From contig NC_043006.1 of assembly GCF_006345805.1 (NCBI RefSeq), positions 53,196,001 to 53,260,000 on the forward strand: a stretch of 64,000 nt of DNA, in the 5' to 3' direction. The position numbers were made by a program, and so were the translations under genes. Below the pieces are notes generated by a model. The model was not told the DNA's origin, searched no databases, and saw only the letters and a list, made by a program, of their open reading frames with translations. Shown piece after piece: positions 50,587-64,000 of this stretch. Source of the DNA: Octopus sinensis. Lineage: Eukaryota. Every line of letters begins with the position of its first letter. The first letter of the stretch is position 1.

Positions 50587-52104
50587 GTAAGTAGTCTCTG
50601 TAGAAAATATTTTATGAAATACATATATTTCACCATCAAGTTTATTTCCACGTTCTTAACAGTTCTCAAACTGAAATGCCTGTTGTTTAAGCAGACACAG
50701 TGTTCTTCGGTGTCAGCAATAATCTTTCTTCAACCACGGACTTATGCACGTGTCTTTTCGACCTTTGTGTTTCCTATAGCCTATCTAGGTCGATTTTTTT
50801 TTTTACCTTCAACATTCAAAACATTAACACATATATTGCACTTAAAGTAATTCCTTTACTTATTAAACAATAGACTAAAATTATAACAATAAAAAATATA
50901 TATTTAAGTAAATATCAAACTGAACTTTCGTAATTCTACGCGCTTGAAGTGTCAATATTATGCAACCTACTATAACACGATTAGTAAGGATGTAATCGAT
51001 GGCTTTTGACAGTCGACACTTCAGTTAGAATTTCTATATTTTAGTAGAAAATGTCCTTTTTTTTTTCGCCCGTCCATTTCGCGCCAGACAAATTTGAATT
51101 GCACTAATTAATTAATTTGTCAAGATTGTGACCTGACAGTTATAATTTTAATTATTTCTACATGCCTACACAGCACACATTTTAGGAAATAGTTGTTATA
51201 GTTAAATTTACCCAGTTTGACTTCTATTTATTCGTTTTATCGATCTCACAATAATGAATAGCGGTAGCAACCTCTGTTCAATTTCAACTTGGAACGTCAA
51301 GTGCTGTAATTACATATCGCAAGATATATTTATCTGATATTCCGAGATGTAGTTAAATGCCGTATAGTGCACATCACTCTCCTTTAAGTTTCGTTATTTT
51401 GACAATGATTCGGACTTTTAAATAAGGTCACAGCTGTATGAGTGTATTATAATCTGTATGAGTGTATATTTTGCTGTTTTGCTCACCAGTAAGTACTAAT
51501 TGTCTAAAACAAGGGCAAAAGATTATTAAGCCATCTTCCTGAAGCCGGTTGATTAGAAAAGACGTCCTTGACCCCCTGAACATCACGAAAGCAATAAATT
51601 AACAAAAGACTCCACCAAATTTTCAAAAATAACTGGTAGAAGTGACATGGCGCTACATTCAAATATATTTTTATGTTTTATTTACAACCAGTAATTATAT
51701 GCACGGTACAGTTATAGATTTCTCATAGAGAACTATACTACTACTATGAGATATATGAAATGACCAAAACTACACAAATGATTTAAATATCAAATTTTGG
51801 GGTATTGAGACCTGGTATTATGGAGTGAACATTAACTCCATGGGACCATTCATCGTTTTATGACACAAACTTCATGTTTTAAAGTGATCTAAATTAAAAT
51901 TTCCTGTCAAAATTTCGTTAATTCGTTTCAAACACAACTTAATAATGATAGTTACTTTACTAAATTTTTTGTTATTTTTAAAATCATTGAAACAAAGGTG
52001 TTTATATTAACAAAACTCAATTTATTTCTCATTGCTCAACTGTCTAATATGTTATGTAGTTTTAAATTTGTATTGGAAGTCAAGGATGTTTTTAAAACGT
52101 ACAA

Positions 52105-52425
52105 CATGGCACCTTGGGCAAGTGTCTTCTACTATAGCCTCGGGCCGACCAAAGCCTTGTGAGTGGATTTAGTAGACGGAAACTGAAAGAAGCCTGTCGT
52201 ATATATGTGTGTGTGTTTGTGTGTCTGTGTTTGTCCCCCTAGCATTGCTTGACAACCGATGCTGGTGTGTTTACGTCCCCGTTACTTAGCGGTTCGGCAA
52301 AAGAGACCGATAGAATAAGTACTGGGCTTACAAAGAATAAGTCCCGGGGTCAATTTGCTCGACTAAAGGCGGTGCTCCAGCATGGCCGCAGTCAAATGAC
52401 TGAAACAAGTAAAAGAGTAAAGAGA
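52105..52425 (+). mobile_element. SINE family A, 5'-truncated, well preserved
   Basis: Family A match retaining many CpGs. Confidence 0.88.
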
Positions 52426-52920
52426 GCATTAGCAAGATTTCCAATTATTATTGATATTATTAAAGTGTTATCTGTCATATAACAGGTTACTTTGAAGTAT
52501 TCTTCCACTTTGGATAATATCAGGAATCATGGCATACATACAGTAATTATAATTTATCAAATAAGACAAAATTTTCATTTGTATAACTCCTCCGTAATTT
52601 CCCTATCATTCTCTTGTCTCTCTGAGTCTTTCTTTCTCACAATGTGCATGTATCGTATTTCTTTACTCATTTCCTGTCACTAAGCCTCATATGTGCACTC
52701 ATCCAGCAACTTTTATGTTAACTCTCTGTATCTCCCTTTTACTCTCTCTGTCTCTATATATATATATATATATAATAATGTTAATAATAAATGCTTCTCT
52801 CATTTCACAATGTCTCCATCAATGCTTCTTCTGAAAAAATAAAAATTTTCTCAAAATGTCTTACAAAACTATTTAAAATTTCACAGCCATCTTGCTTGTT
52901 TTGCTCATATTTATTTCCAG

Positions 52921-53068
52921 AAACTCAGCTAAAGTAGCAATTGCTGGTGGTGCTGTTTACTATACAGTTAAGCAGGGAGTTTGGAGTGATACCGGTGAAG
53001 GTTCTGCAGCCTTAGAAAATGTCCGTGAAACTATTCTACCTGCGACAGCTACAGAATACATTAGCAAG
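52921..53068 (+). CDS. MICOS13: MIC13 exon 2
   Basis: ttccag|A ... AAG|gtaagg; NSAKVAIAGGAVYYTVKQGVWSDTGEGSAALENVRETILPATATEYISK with the QIL1 AGGAVY..V..G.W signature; 148 bp. Confidence 0.9.
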
Positions 53069-53788
53069 GTAAGGCTGAAATCAAAAACTTAAGCTTCTTC
53101 ATGATTAGTTAACCTGGCAATGTAAAAGTGAAATCTTGTTGGCTTGGAAGGTTTTACAAAGGATCTATTGTTATTTTATGGAGATTTTTTTCTGACTAAA
53201 CCTTAGAATAGTTCACAGAGGCCATAACACTGTTCTGACCATCTCTTTGACTAAATCTTGGGAGGGTCTACAGCAGCCATGGTCTTGTTCTCTCTTCCTC
53301 TCTGATTTAATCTTCGGATAGTTCGCATAAATCATGTCACAATTTTTCCTCTTCTGACTGGAAGAGTATACAAAAAGGCCATGGCACTCTTCCAACTCTT
53401 CTGATGAAATAATAAATTAAACTGCTGAGGTAGTCAGTATCTTCTTGCCATCTCTTGGCCCATGGAAGGATTTCAGTTCAGCACTAAACTTAACAGGATG
53501 CTTGTTATTCAGACACTTCTGCAGATTTCCTAAGCACAATATGCCTCTTCATTGTACTTATTTAGATCTAGATGAATTGGATTATTTAGAATTCATAAAA
53601 TATAACTTTATTTACCTTGAGAAGAGGTTGTGTTCTAATGAATCTGCCAGGTCTTTAATTTAAGAGCCAATATTTCAGGCAGCGTTTGAATTTAAGTACC
53701 AATATTTTTTTCAAAGAAAGATTCCTCAAGTGTTTATTTACTTCTTCTTACAGTATGCAAACCTATTTTGCAAATTTTATTAAATTAA

Positions 53789-53997
53789 CCCTTTCGTTAC
53801 TGCATTTATTTTGAGATGTTCTGTTTCTTTCAATTAATTTTAAATATAACAAAGGATTTAGTAAAATAACTTAGTTATCATTAAGGAACATAAATTGTGA
53901 CTAAGGTTTGGTGGAAGATTTTAATTCAAAACTTATGGAAACAAAACATTTATACTCAGAGCCAGAGCCAGTTTCAGCCAGGTTTGTAATGAAAGGG
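53789..53997. mobile_element. piggyBac-like MITE with TTAA target duplication
   Basis: TTAA-CCCTTTCGTTAC ... GTAATGAAAGGG-TTAA; same family as 25721-25940. Confidence 0.85.
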
Positions 53998-54489
53998 TTA
54001 AAAAAAAATTTCTTTTCCATTATGCTTACAAAATTAGTTTTTTTTTTTTTTTGCGGACTTTGCTTTTTGATCATTATGGTGGTTGAGGGGCAGTGGGTGG
54101 AAATAGAAAGAATTATGTCCTTTTATTATTAACACTGTACAGAATCGGTAATGAGATGTAAACTGTCTATTCTTCAGCTGGTAGTGTTTTTGTGTTGTGC
54201 ATATTTTACTGTCCTATTTTAAACAGATGTTGATATGCCTCTGGTGATAGTGTGTGTGTTTTGCAAAAAGACAATGACAGAAAACTGTATCAAATACAGT
54301 GGCACATGTTTTACATTAATGAGAATACATGAAGCAAAACCTAAACAGATTGTTTTGATGTCAGAAAGCACAGTCAGTTTTAGAATATTTGTACCAAGAT
54401 AACAAATAAAGTGGTGGAGTTGCAAAGGTACATTTGCCTTATAACAACCATCAACAAGTACTCTATTGATGGTAACGTTAATTTTAGGC

Positions 54490-55605
54490 ACAAGGACAGG
54501 AACTTTTGAGCAAAAAGTGGTTAGTCAGTACCACTCTTTCTAATACTTGACTGGTATTTTTATCATAAACAGCAGTAACCCTGGCAATGCCGGGTAATCC
54601 AGCTAGTCATGTAATATGGAAATAACATATTTTAAGATTTGATAATCAGTTTCTTGTCTACAGGAGTGAAAGGCAAAGTTGACCTCAGCAGGGTTTGAAC
54701 TCAGAATGCAAAGAGCTGCAACAAATACCATCAGGCATTTTCTCTGCTCTAATGATTCTACAGATCCATTGCCCTTGTATGATAATAATGATGATGATTC
54801 TAAGTTTTGGCACAAGGCCTGCAATTGTAAGGAAAGGAGGCTAGTCAATTACATTTGACCCCAGTGTTTATTTTATTGATCCTGGAAGGATGAAAGACAA
54901 AGTTGTCCTTGGCAGATTTTAAACTCAGAACATAAAGTTCGAACAAATGCTGCTAAGTATTTTCTCCAATGTGCTAATGATTCTCATTTCTTTATTGCCT
55001 ACAAGGGGCTAAACATAGAGGGAACAAATAAAGACAGACAAAGGGATTAAGTCGATTACATCGACCCCAGTGCGTAACTGGTACTTAATTTATCGACCCT
55101 GGAAGGATGAAAGGCAAAGTCGACCACGGCGGAATTTGAACTCAGAACGTAATGGCAGACGAAATACGCTAAGCATTTCGCCCGGCGTGCTAACGTTTCT
55201 GCCAGCTCGCCGCCTTATGCTAATGTGCTAAGAATTCTGCTAGCTCTCCACCTTAATTATAATAATTTTCCAACTATAGAAATTTGGGCAGGATGGAGTT
55301 AGTTGATTAATCGATGACAGTGCTCAACAGGTACTTATTTTATTGACCCCGAAATGATGAAAGGCAAAGTCAACCTCAGTAGAATTTTAACTCAGAACAT
55401 AGAGCTAGACAAACTGCCACTACACATTTTGTCCAGCATGCTAACAATTCTGCCAGCTTTCTGCCTTATTAATGATAATACTGATAATCCTGAAATTTGT
55501 TGGGCAGAGACTAATCGATTACATTGACCCCAGTGTTTGACTGGTGCTTATTTCATGAACCATGAAAGGATAAAAGGCAAAGTTGACCTCAGCAGAATTT
55601 GAGTC
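54490..55605 (-). mobile_element. Head-to-tail cluster of about 6 SINE family C copies
   Basis: Repeated gaccccagtg...ggtac...gaaaggcaaagt.gacc...tttgaactcagaa; best copy 54985-55215. Confidence 0.8.
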
Positions 55606-55606
55606 C

Positions 55607-57464
55607 TCATCATCATCATCTTTTAATGTCTGTTGTCCATGCTGGCATGGGTTTGGTGATTTGACCAGGGCTGGTAAGCTGAGGGGCTTCAGTCTGATTT
55701 GGCATGGTTTCTATGGCTGGATGCTCTTCCTAGTGTCACCACTCCAAGAGTGTAATGTGTGCTTTTACATGTCACTGGCACAGGTGCCAGTTGTGTGACA
55801 GCAGTATCTGCCACAACTACAATTTCTGTTGGCTTGGTCTGTCTTCTTCTTGAGCATGGCATATTGCCAAAGGTCTTGGTCATTTGTCATTGCCTCCATG
55901 AGGTCCAGCGCTTGAAAGGTGCTTTTTGCATGCCACTAGCACCAGTGCCTGTTACACAACACTGGCCACATTACCTCCATGAGGCCCAACACTCGACAGG
56001 TGCTTTTTACATGCCACCAGTACTGATACTAGATGCCTCTGTGAGGCCCAGTGCTCAAAAGATGCTTTTTATACACCACCAGCATGGGTGCCAATTACAT
56101 GACACTATCAGCCACAACTATGATTTCACTTACCTTGATGGATCTTCTCAAGCATATTACCAAAGGTCTCAGTCACTAGTTCGAAGATCATGCTTCACCA
56201 CTTCTTCCCATGTCTTCCTGAGTCTACCCTTCAACAGGTTTCCTCCACAGTTAGGGATCGGCACTTCTTTACACAGCTGTCCTCATCCAGATGCATCATA
56301 TGACCATACCAGTGCAGTCATCTTTCTTGCACACCATATCTGATGCCTCTTATGCCCAACTTTTCTCTCAAGACTCTTACACTCTGTCATACATGCACAC
56401 TGACATTGCACATCCAGCAAAGCATACTAGCTTAATTTCTTTCAAGCCTACACATGTCCTTGGTGGTCACAGCCCATGTTTCACTGCCATGTAGCACAAC
56501 TGTTTGCACACAGGCATCATACAATCTGCCTTTCACCCTGAGGGAGAGACCCTTTGTTGCCAACAGAGGTAGGAGCTCTCTGAACTTCACCCAGCCTATT
56601 CTTATTCTTGCAGCTACACTCTTGGAGCACCCACCTCTGCTACTAACTTGATCACCTAGATAATGGAAGCTATCAACTACCTCTAGGTTACCCCACTGGC
56701 ATTTGATGGAATCTATTTTTCTGTACATTTTTAGTGTTTATTGTACCTGTACACCTTCCACACACAAAACCTATCTTCCCAGTTAACCTTCCTCTGATAT
56801 TGCTGCATCTCTTATATGTCCATCACTTACACTGGGTACACACCTTTCCTACAGATCGAGCAGGGCCATCTACCTGAAGGGATTTGTGATCTGTCTGCTT
56901 TCCTACTTACTAAGACTTTGGATTTTGTTAGGTTAATTCTAAGGTCCTTCAATTCTAGACCTTCCTTCTACAACTGAAACTTCTTCTCTAGTTCTGGTAG
57001 GGATTTAGCAATAAGGTCATCAGCATAGAGGAGCTCCCAGGGGCAGCCTGTTTTAAATTTCTCTGTTATTGCCTAGAGGACTATGATGGACAAGAAGACT
57101 GATCGCTACTTGAATTCATCGCTATACTCGTTGTGAACCCTCTCCTTACTGACAGCATTTCTGTACATGGCTTATACAGCTCTAACTAACCACTCATCTA
57201 TCCCTAGTTTCCACATTGACCACAAGATAAGGGATCAGGGCACCCTGACAGAGGCTTTCTCCATGTCCCCAAAAGCCAAATACAGAGGTTTGTTTTTGGT
57301 TAGGTACTTCTCCTGTAGCTGCCGTACCAGAAATATAGCATCATTGGTGCCTCTCCCTGGCACAAAACCACACTGCATCTCATCTAAACTAACCCTGTCC
57401 TTAATTATTTGGGCTATGAGCCTTTCTGTAACTTTCATCACCTGATCCAACAATTTGATACCTC
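55607..57464 (-). mobile_element. 5'-truncated RTE-clade LINE, related to 46793-49158
   Basis: MQCGFVPGRGTNDAIF, FHYLGDQ, KGRLYDACV...HGSETW; same 3' tail. Confidence 0.9.
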
Positions 57465-57796
57465 CAAGTATAGTAATAATACCTTTCTACTAATGATACA
57501 AGGCCTAAATTTTGCAGGAGGGGACTAGTCGATTACATCAACCTAAGTGTTTCACTGGTACTTAATTTATTGACCAAAAGGATGAAAGACAAAGTCGATC
57601 TCAACGAAATTGTGCCTGGTGTACCCTTATCAGATGGGTAGCCATGATAGGTATATTGGGCTTCGTATATTTGTACCCCAGTGTCACTTTGATGTCATGT
57701 ATTGCTCACTCACTCACTCAATAATGACAATAATAATAATAATAATGGTACAACAGTTGCAGTATTGAACTGGTTTTATTACTTCTGCTTTTCCAG

Positions 57797-57848
57797 ATTC
57801 CATCACCAGGGAATGCAATTACCTCAGGTCTTGGTATGTGGAATGGAG
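57797..57848 (+). CDS. MICOS13: MIC13 exon 3 (WN motif)
   Basis: ttccag|ATT ... GGA G|gtaagt; IPSPGNAITSGLGMWNG; 52 bp, phase 0 to 1. Confidence 0.88.
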
Positions 57849-60448
57849 GTAAGTGATTCATTATGTCTTCAAGAATTAACAGAGCTACATTTACAAAAGT
57901 TTACTAAAGCTTTTATTACTGTAAACAATGAAATTGACCAATTGAAACTCCTCCACACTCAAACCCTTGTTGCTCATATCTGAACTGAACTAAACTAAAC
58001 AAGATTTTTGATATGACCATGTGGTAAAGATGTTTACTTAGCAAACATAGGGGTTAAAGTTTAATCCTACTGTGTGATACAATAAGCTAGGGTCTTCAGC
58101 TATAGCCATAGATTACCAATTCTTTGTAAAACCAAAAATGCCTGTCTGTCAGTATGTATGTAATATAGTTGACAAGCTCAAGAGCCAGGAATTCTTGCAA
58201 GGACAGATTGCACAAATCCCTCTCACTCGATACTACTCCTACTTCAGTTGAAGGGTCTTTGTCTTGCAAGTTACTTGGAGACCTTGCTGGTGCTGGGGTC
58301 TCCTAAAAGTCACCTAGTACACTCTGTAAAGTAGTTGTATTAGGAAGGGCATTCAGCTATAGAAAACATGCTAAAGTAGACACCAGAGCTTGATGCAGTC
58401 GTCTAGCTTGCCAGCTCCTGTCAAGCTATGCATTCCATGTCAGCATGGAAAACAGACATTAAATGATGATGATGACCAGCTTTGGAAAAGGCAATTTTCT
58501 GCAACCAAATACTCTTCATTACTAAACTTTCTTTTCAAGGAAGGTGCTCATTCAGTTGGTCTTCACTGGGCTGCTGGACATATTGTGCATGCTTAATACA
58601 TATGATTCTGCAATCAAAACAGTATCAATGCAAAGACATGCAGAAACATACATGCATGCACACACACACACACATACACACAGAGGGCTTCCACACAATT
58701 TTTATCTACCAAATTTCAGTCATGGAGCATTGGACAGCCTGAGGCTACAGTAGAAGACATTAAATGCCACATAGTGAGAGCAAACCTGAAACTGCCTGGT
58801 TGTTGAATGAAATTCTTAATTACACACAGTCATGCCTATCCAAAATTTTAGGCATTGGTTGCTGAAGATATAAGTAAAATAGATTTGGTTGGTGTAAGTT
58901 GGCAGAATTTCTTCTGGATGTAATTAAAAGGAGTGTTAAAATTTTTACAGTGCTTGAGTTTAGAGTGTGTTGTATGTGGCTTATAGTTAATAAATACAAT
59001 AACAACAGAGTTGCAAGGATTGTATATGAGGGTTATCAGCATCTTGGCTCACAGTTTTAGTTTTTGCAGTAAATAATCCCAGATTGCTACTGGTTTAAGG
59101 ACAAGTTATTTAACTCTACCTATCTCAATTCATTTCCATAACTTTAAGTGTCAATTTTAGATCAGCTAAACAACAGTGTACTAATTTAGTTCTTTTAGGA
59201 GGCAGAAAGCCAGTGCTTTTATTTGTTCCAGGTGTTGCCTGAACAAGTTTTTAGATTGTATTAAACTATATTTCTGGATGCATATCATTAAAGATTCCAA
59301 AAAATTTATTGGAGAAAGTTAAGGGACCAGTTTTAAATTCCTCTTGTAAGGGGAGATCTGTTTACTTGTGCTATTTAGAGCAATTTTATAGGGCAGAATG
59401 AAATCATCTCCAGCTACTCAGGCCCAATTATACCAAACCTAAGCACCTTTTTAAATAGATGATGAGAGACTAATCAAATTAGCCAACAAAATCTCTGTAA
59501 ATATGAAACAGTATAAAACCCCAAAGTTATAACAATAGATAAATTGAATAAATACATTGCTAAATTGTAGGTAACATTCCTACATGTTAGTTAAGTGTTT
59601 GACATAAAAACATTTTAGATGTCAAGTCCTTACTTCTGCAGATTTATGTATAAATTTTAATTTGTAAATTATTTGTTGCAAAACAGAAAAAGGGTTAACT
59701 GGATTAGCGCACACACACAAAGTTAATGAACAGGTTTTGTAATTATGGATATTTACACTTGAATAATGTTAATGCTAGTTGCCTTCCCTAGCCTCTATTC
59801 AACTACCTGGTTGCATACTCTTTCCACACACACACACACACACTCTCTCTCTCTCTCTTTGATGTCCATATCAATAGTCATTTCTTTTCTGTCTCTCACT
59901 CTCCAGGACTGCAGCCATCTAGAAATCATTCCCTGTCCATGTTTGTACTGCTGAGATTGTTTAAACTCAATAATCTCACAATTCATGTAAAAATAGTATA
60001 TTACTTCTCTTGTTCATATAATTTATACATACATAAACACATACCTGAATGTTGTCTTTCAGCCCAGCACTCCTGTTTGAGGAGAGCTGTGATCAAAGAT
60101 GTCCTGGTCACCATCATTCTGTCTTTTCCAAAATCCATAATTACATTAAGTGATATATATATCTTTTATTAAAATGGTAGGGTGAGATTTTGCTGCTATT
60201 TCTAGTATCAAGTGACCGTTTTGAGACACCTTTGTTAGCTTATTACTCCTGAGTGTGTATGTTTTACATGCAAGTATAAATTCATTGGATTAAGTGGTGT
60301 TATCATTAAATGCAATGCTGTCTTGACTTATTTCTCATACTCTGTTAATATCAAATAGTTTTTTTTTTTTTTTTTTCTTTCTGAAACAATGTTATCGCAT
60401 CATTTTAATATATGTTTATTTCAACATGTTATTTATTCTTTCCCACAG

Positions 60449-60552
60449 GTGTCCAAACAGTGTTCAGTTTTATCGCTAATATTCCCAGTAATGTGAAATA
60501 CTACAGTAAGGTAGCTGTTACTGAAGCTGTATCTGTTGTCAGAGGAAGTTAA
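60449..60552 (+). CDS. MICOS13: MIC13 exon 4 (last coding)
   Basis: ccacag|GT...; GVQTVFSFIANIPSNVKYYSKVAVTEAVSVVRGS*; the four exons total 330 nt = 109 aa + stop; AATAAA at 60715-60720. Confidence 0.88.
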
Positions 60553-63439
60553 CTGATGTAGCATTGTTATTTTCTTATAGTCTATATATGTACGCACTTG
60601 CATACATACATAACCGAGCCATCTTGTGCTTGCTGGCACATATACATTAAAATATAAGTGACAAATACATACAGCCACCAAGTAAGTCAAACTAAGAAGA
60701 AAAATCTATAACAAAATAAAAGCTGATCATTAGCTGAAGAATACTCACAAGGAGTAAAATCATGTTGGAATTGGTTACTGAAAATATTACTTTCGATTTG
60801 GAATTACCTAACATGATACAAAAATCAGAACCCACCCTTTATAAAGGAAAGGAAAAACAAGAAAGATTACAGTTTTTCTTTTTGTCTCTTAATAATAACA
60901 TATGGACTCTTCTGTAATGCAATGTGTTTCTTTGTAGATTCCATACTTTGCTGAGTTTTTTTAAACATTGATTGGGGGTTGAAGTGGCTAGAATAAGGGA
61001 GAAAACAGAAATCTGTATGGGGAAAAAAAGTAAATTATATTTATTTATGTTCAAAGAAATGGCTTCCTTGTTATTCTTTACTTTTTTTCTTGTTTGATTC
61101 AAATGGTTGTCATCATCATCATTGATTTTTCATAGGTTGAACAGATCTACAAGACAGCTACACCTCATCTTTAATGTACTGTATTATTAGATATGAACTC
61201 ACCATTTACTCTTAGCTTTTCTCTGATGTATCTTTACCACAAACACCATCATCATCAAATTGTAGCGCTTATTTAACTGTTGTGTATCATTAATAAATAT
61301 TTACCAGGATGGACAATTGATGATATTGTGCAACACAAGAAAGATTTGTATTTTATTGATGTGATGAGGATCAAGATGAAAGATGTTGAAGTGAGATTTA
61401 TTAACGATCCTTTCTACTATAGGTGGAAGGGCTGAAATTGTGGTGGGAGGAGATATGTGGCTCACATTGACCCCAATGCTCAGCTGGTACTTATTTCTTC
61501 GACCCTGAAAGGATAGAAAACAAAGTCGACCTTGGTGGACTTTGAACTCAGAACGTTTAAACCAAGGAAATGCCACTAAGCATTATGTCTGGCATGCTAA
61601 GGATTTTTTAATAACATCCAACTTTTAGAATATCTACTATTGTTATTGTCAGCATTGGTTTAACGTTAATATCTGATTCTTTATGCTGACATAGTATTGG
61701 ACAGGTCTACAATTGGGCCAGCTACCCCTTTTTCCTCAATCCTGCATCATCATGTCTCTGGTACAACATCTCATGTTTACTTCTACTACAGATACCATCC
61801 ATTATCATCATATATCTTTTAGTCTTCATTCAATTTAGTATTGCATATGTATCACATCATAACTCATTTCTCTCCCTCTTCTACTTCAAACATCTATATC
61901 TCACTATGGACACCAAAGAAGACTGTGTGGCCACTCAGTTGAGAGCCTTTGTTCCGGGAATCTTGTTGGAGCCTTGGTAAAGGCCTCTCTGGATTTGTCA
62001 ATCTTGCATACAGCATCCTTGAATAGTTGTTATCCATTCAAATAGTCTTAATGTTCACCAGATTGCAGAATATACTCTAATATACAGGTACTCTGATAAA
62101 GGTTTTGCCTTTTCAAAACCATCAGATGCGAAGTGCCATGGTTTTGTGTCTTGATAACATTACACCGCTACGAATATCCCCATATTGCCGAGAAAAGGAA
62201 ATTAAAATGTCTTATAATTTCAATGCAAAAAAAATAAAGTAAAAACCGAATATTATAGTTATGAAGGAGTTACCTCCCTTGTTAATCTCCCTTCCGAATC
62301 AACCTTGATTTTATAAATTATTGTAGTTATATCCATTCTCATGTAATGCTTTGAACCTCGCTTGTTTCCCTTGTTAAAACGCAATTTTAAATAGTGTCAA
62401 TGTAATACTGATAGAATGGCACTAGCTGACACACATGACGTGTTGGTGCCATCCTCTTCGAAATTAATCCTCCAGAGCTAACTATTGTCATTGATCACCA
62501 GCTCTGTAAGCAATAGAAAAAAAAAATAATTTGTACCACAGTTATGATATTGATGTTAATTTTATTTTCCATTCAATTCTCTCTTATTGATCAAATTTGA
62601 TTTCTAACATGACAAGCAAATATTGGTGGTGAGAGCAGTTGTTTAAATTGACCCCAGTACATGACTGGTAATAATAATGGCAGTCTCTCGAGTCCTTGGT
62701 GAACAACCTGCAGAGATGATTTGCTTATAGCGATGGAATATTAGTGCTATATATGAACTCACTTTCCATCAGATAACATTACCTATACAGGTGCACAGTC
62801 TATCACACGTCACATGTCGAGGGGATCACAGAGCAACATGAGATGAAGTATTTTACTTACGAACACAACGCACCGCTCGGTCCGGGAATCTTGCAATCGT
62901 GAGTGCAACAACCTAACTGCTAGGCCTCGCAGCCTTAAATATGTAATGAAAATCTAAGTTGATCTTGGCTGGAAACTGCCATCTTTTTTATTGCTTAGTC
63001 GTAAGGAAAAAGTGTTGAGGAACCTTCAAGACTAGTGGGAGGAGGGTATCTTCAAACTGGAGAGCTTTTAGAAGCTCAAATTCTTGCAACTGAGTGTACT
63101 AAAACCACTCAAATACTAGGTGGTGTAGTGCTGAGTAACATCTACTATCCATAAATTCAGAACGTGAAGGACTATAACTAAATACCACAAGATATTTCGT
63201 TCATCCGCCTATTCATTAAAAATCACACCTTCGTGAACGAAGCAGAATCATTAGCATGCCATAAGAAAATGCTTGATGGCATTTCTTCCAGCTTTGTGTT
63301 CTAAGTTCAAATGAAGACTTTATTATCCTTTTGGTATCAAGAACTAGGGTCGATGTAATTGGCTTGCCACCTACCCACCAAGATTACCAGCCTTATACCA
63401 AAATTTGAAAGAACTTTTACATCGATTATACATGAATAT

Positions 63440-63733
63440 GTGAAGGCACATGGCCTAGTGGTTAGAGCATCGGTCGAGGGATCACAGGTTCGAATCTCAG
63501 ACCGGGTGATGTGTGTTGTGTGTGTTTATGAGCGAAACACCTAAGCTCTGGCAGAAGGTAATGGCGAACCTCTGCTGACTCTTTCGCCACAACTTTCTCT
63601 TACTCTTTCCTCTTGCATCTTGCAGCTCACCTGCGACGGACCGGTGTCCTATCCAGGTGGGAAACCTATACGCCAAGGAAACTGGGAAACCGGCTCTAAT
63701 GAGCCAGGCATGGCTCTAGAAGGAACAAACAAA
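63440..63733 (+). mobile_element. tRNA-derived SINE, family B
   Basis: TGGCCTAGTGG and GGTTCGAATC boxes; homology to the other copies. Confidence 0.85.
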
Positions 63734-64000
63734 TCCGTAAATATAGCCACATCATCTCTCTCTCTATATATATATATAATTATTTGACTGTCTGTTCCCT
63801 ATACATTCTCAAATGGCTTCCCCAAATCAGATCAAATTTTACAAGGTAATAGTATTACATCCTGTGAGTTTCAACATGTAATTTTTATTTTCATTTGGAT
63901 TAAAACAATGTATACAGAAATAACCTTTCTATACTCAATTAGAGTAAAGGACATTTTATACCATGACGATGATGTCACATTTTGTATATGAGTGTGTGTG

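Noticed and set aside
60734-60770. CTGAAGA plus TACTC/GAGTA hairpin in the MICOS13 3' region as a hammerhead
   Set aside because: Lacks GAAA, stem III and stem I pairing
62390-62530. Strong minus-strand splice acceptor suggesting a third gene
   Set aside because: All three frames stop within 9 codons and no partner exon was found

Overview
AT-rich, repeat-dense animal genomic DNA. It is most likely an octopus or other coleoid cephalopod; this is inferred from the SINE families I recognise and is not proven. Two spliced + strand genes can be built by hand with GT-AG junctions and consistent phases. The first is an 11-beta-hydroxysteroid dehydrogenase 1-like SDR (five exons, 22501-33772; its first coding exon was not found). 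The second is a complete 109-aa MICOS13/QIL1 (four exons, 50561-60552). These two genes are also neighbours in human. The rest is microsatellite plus decayed mobile elements: Penelope-like RT, mariner, RTE and R4/Dong LINEs, a Gypsy integrase patch, Helitron-like elements, MITEs and several tRNA-derived SINE families. The most unusual signal is a set of short non-coding modules that carry type I hammerhead ribozyme motifs (intact, minimal or CpG-decayed) and sit inside microsatellites. Several form fold-back palindromes or have terminal direct repeats, five are clustered at 15.1-17.1 kb, and one family joins a tRNA-like head to a hammerhead tail. Nearly all long ORFs in the supplied track are microsatellite artefacts. 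Repeat boundaries are approximate.
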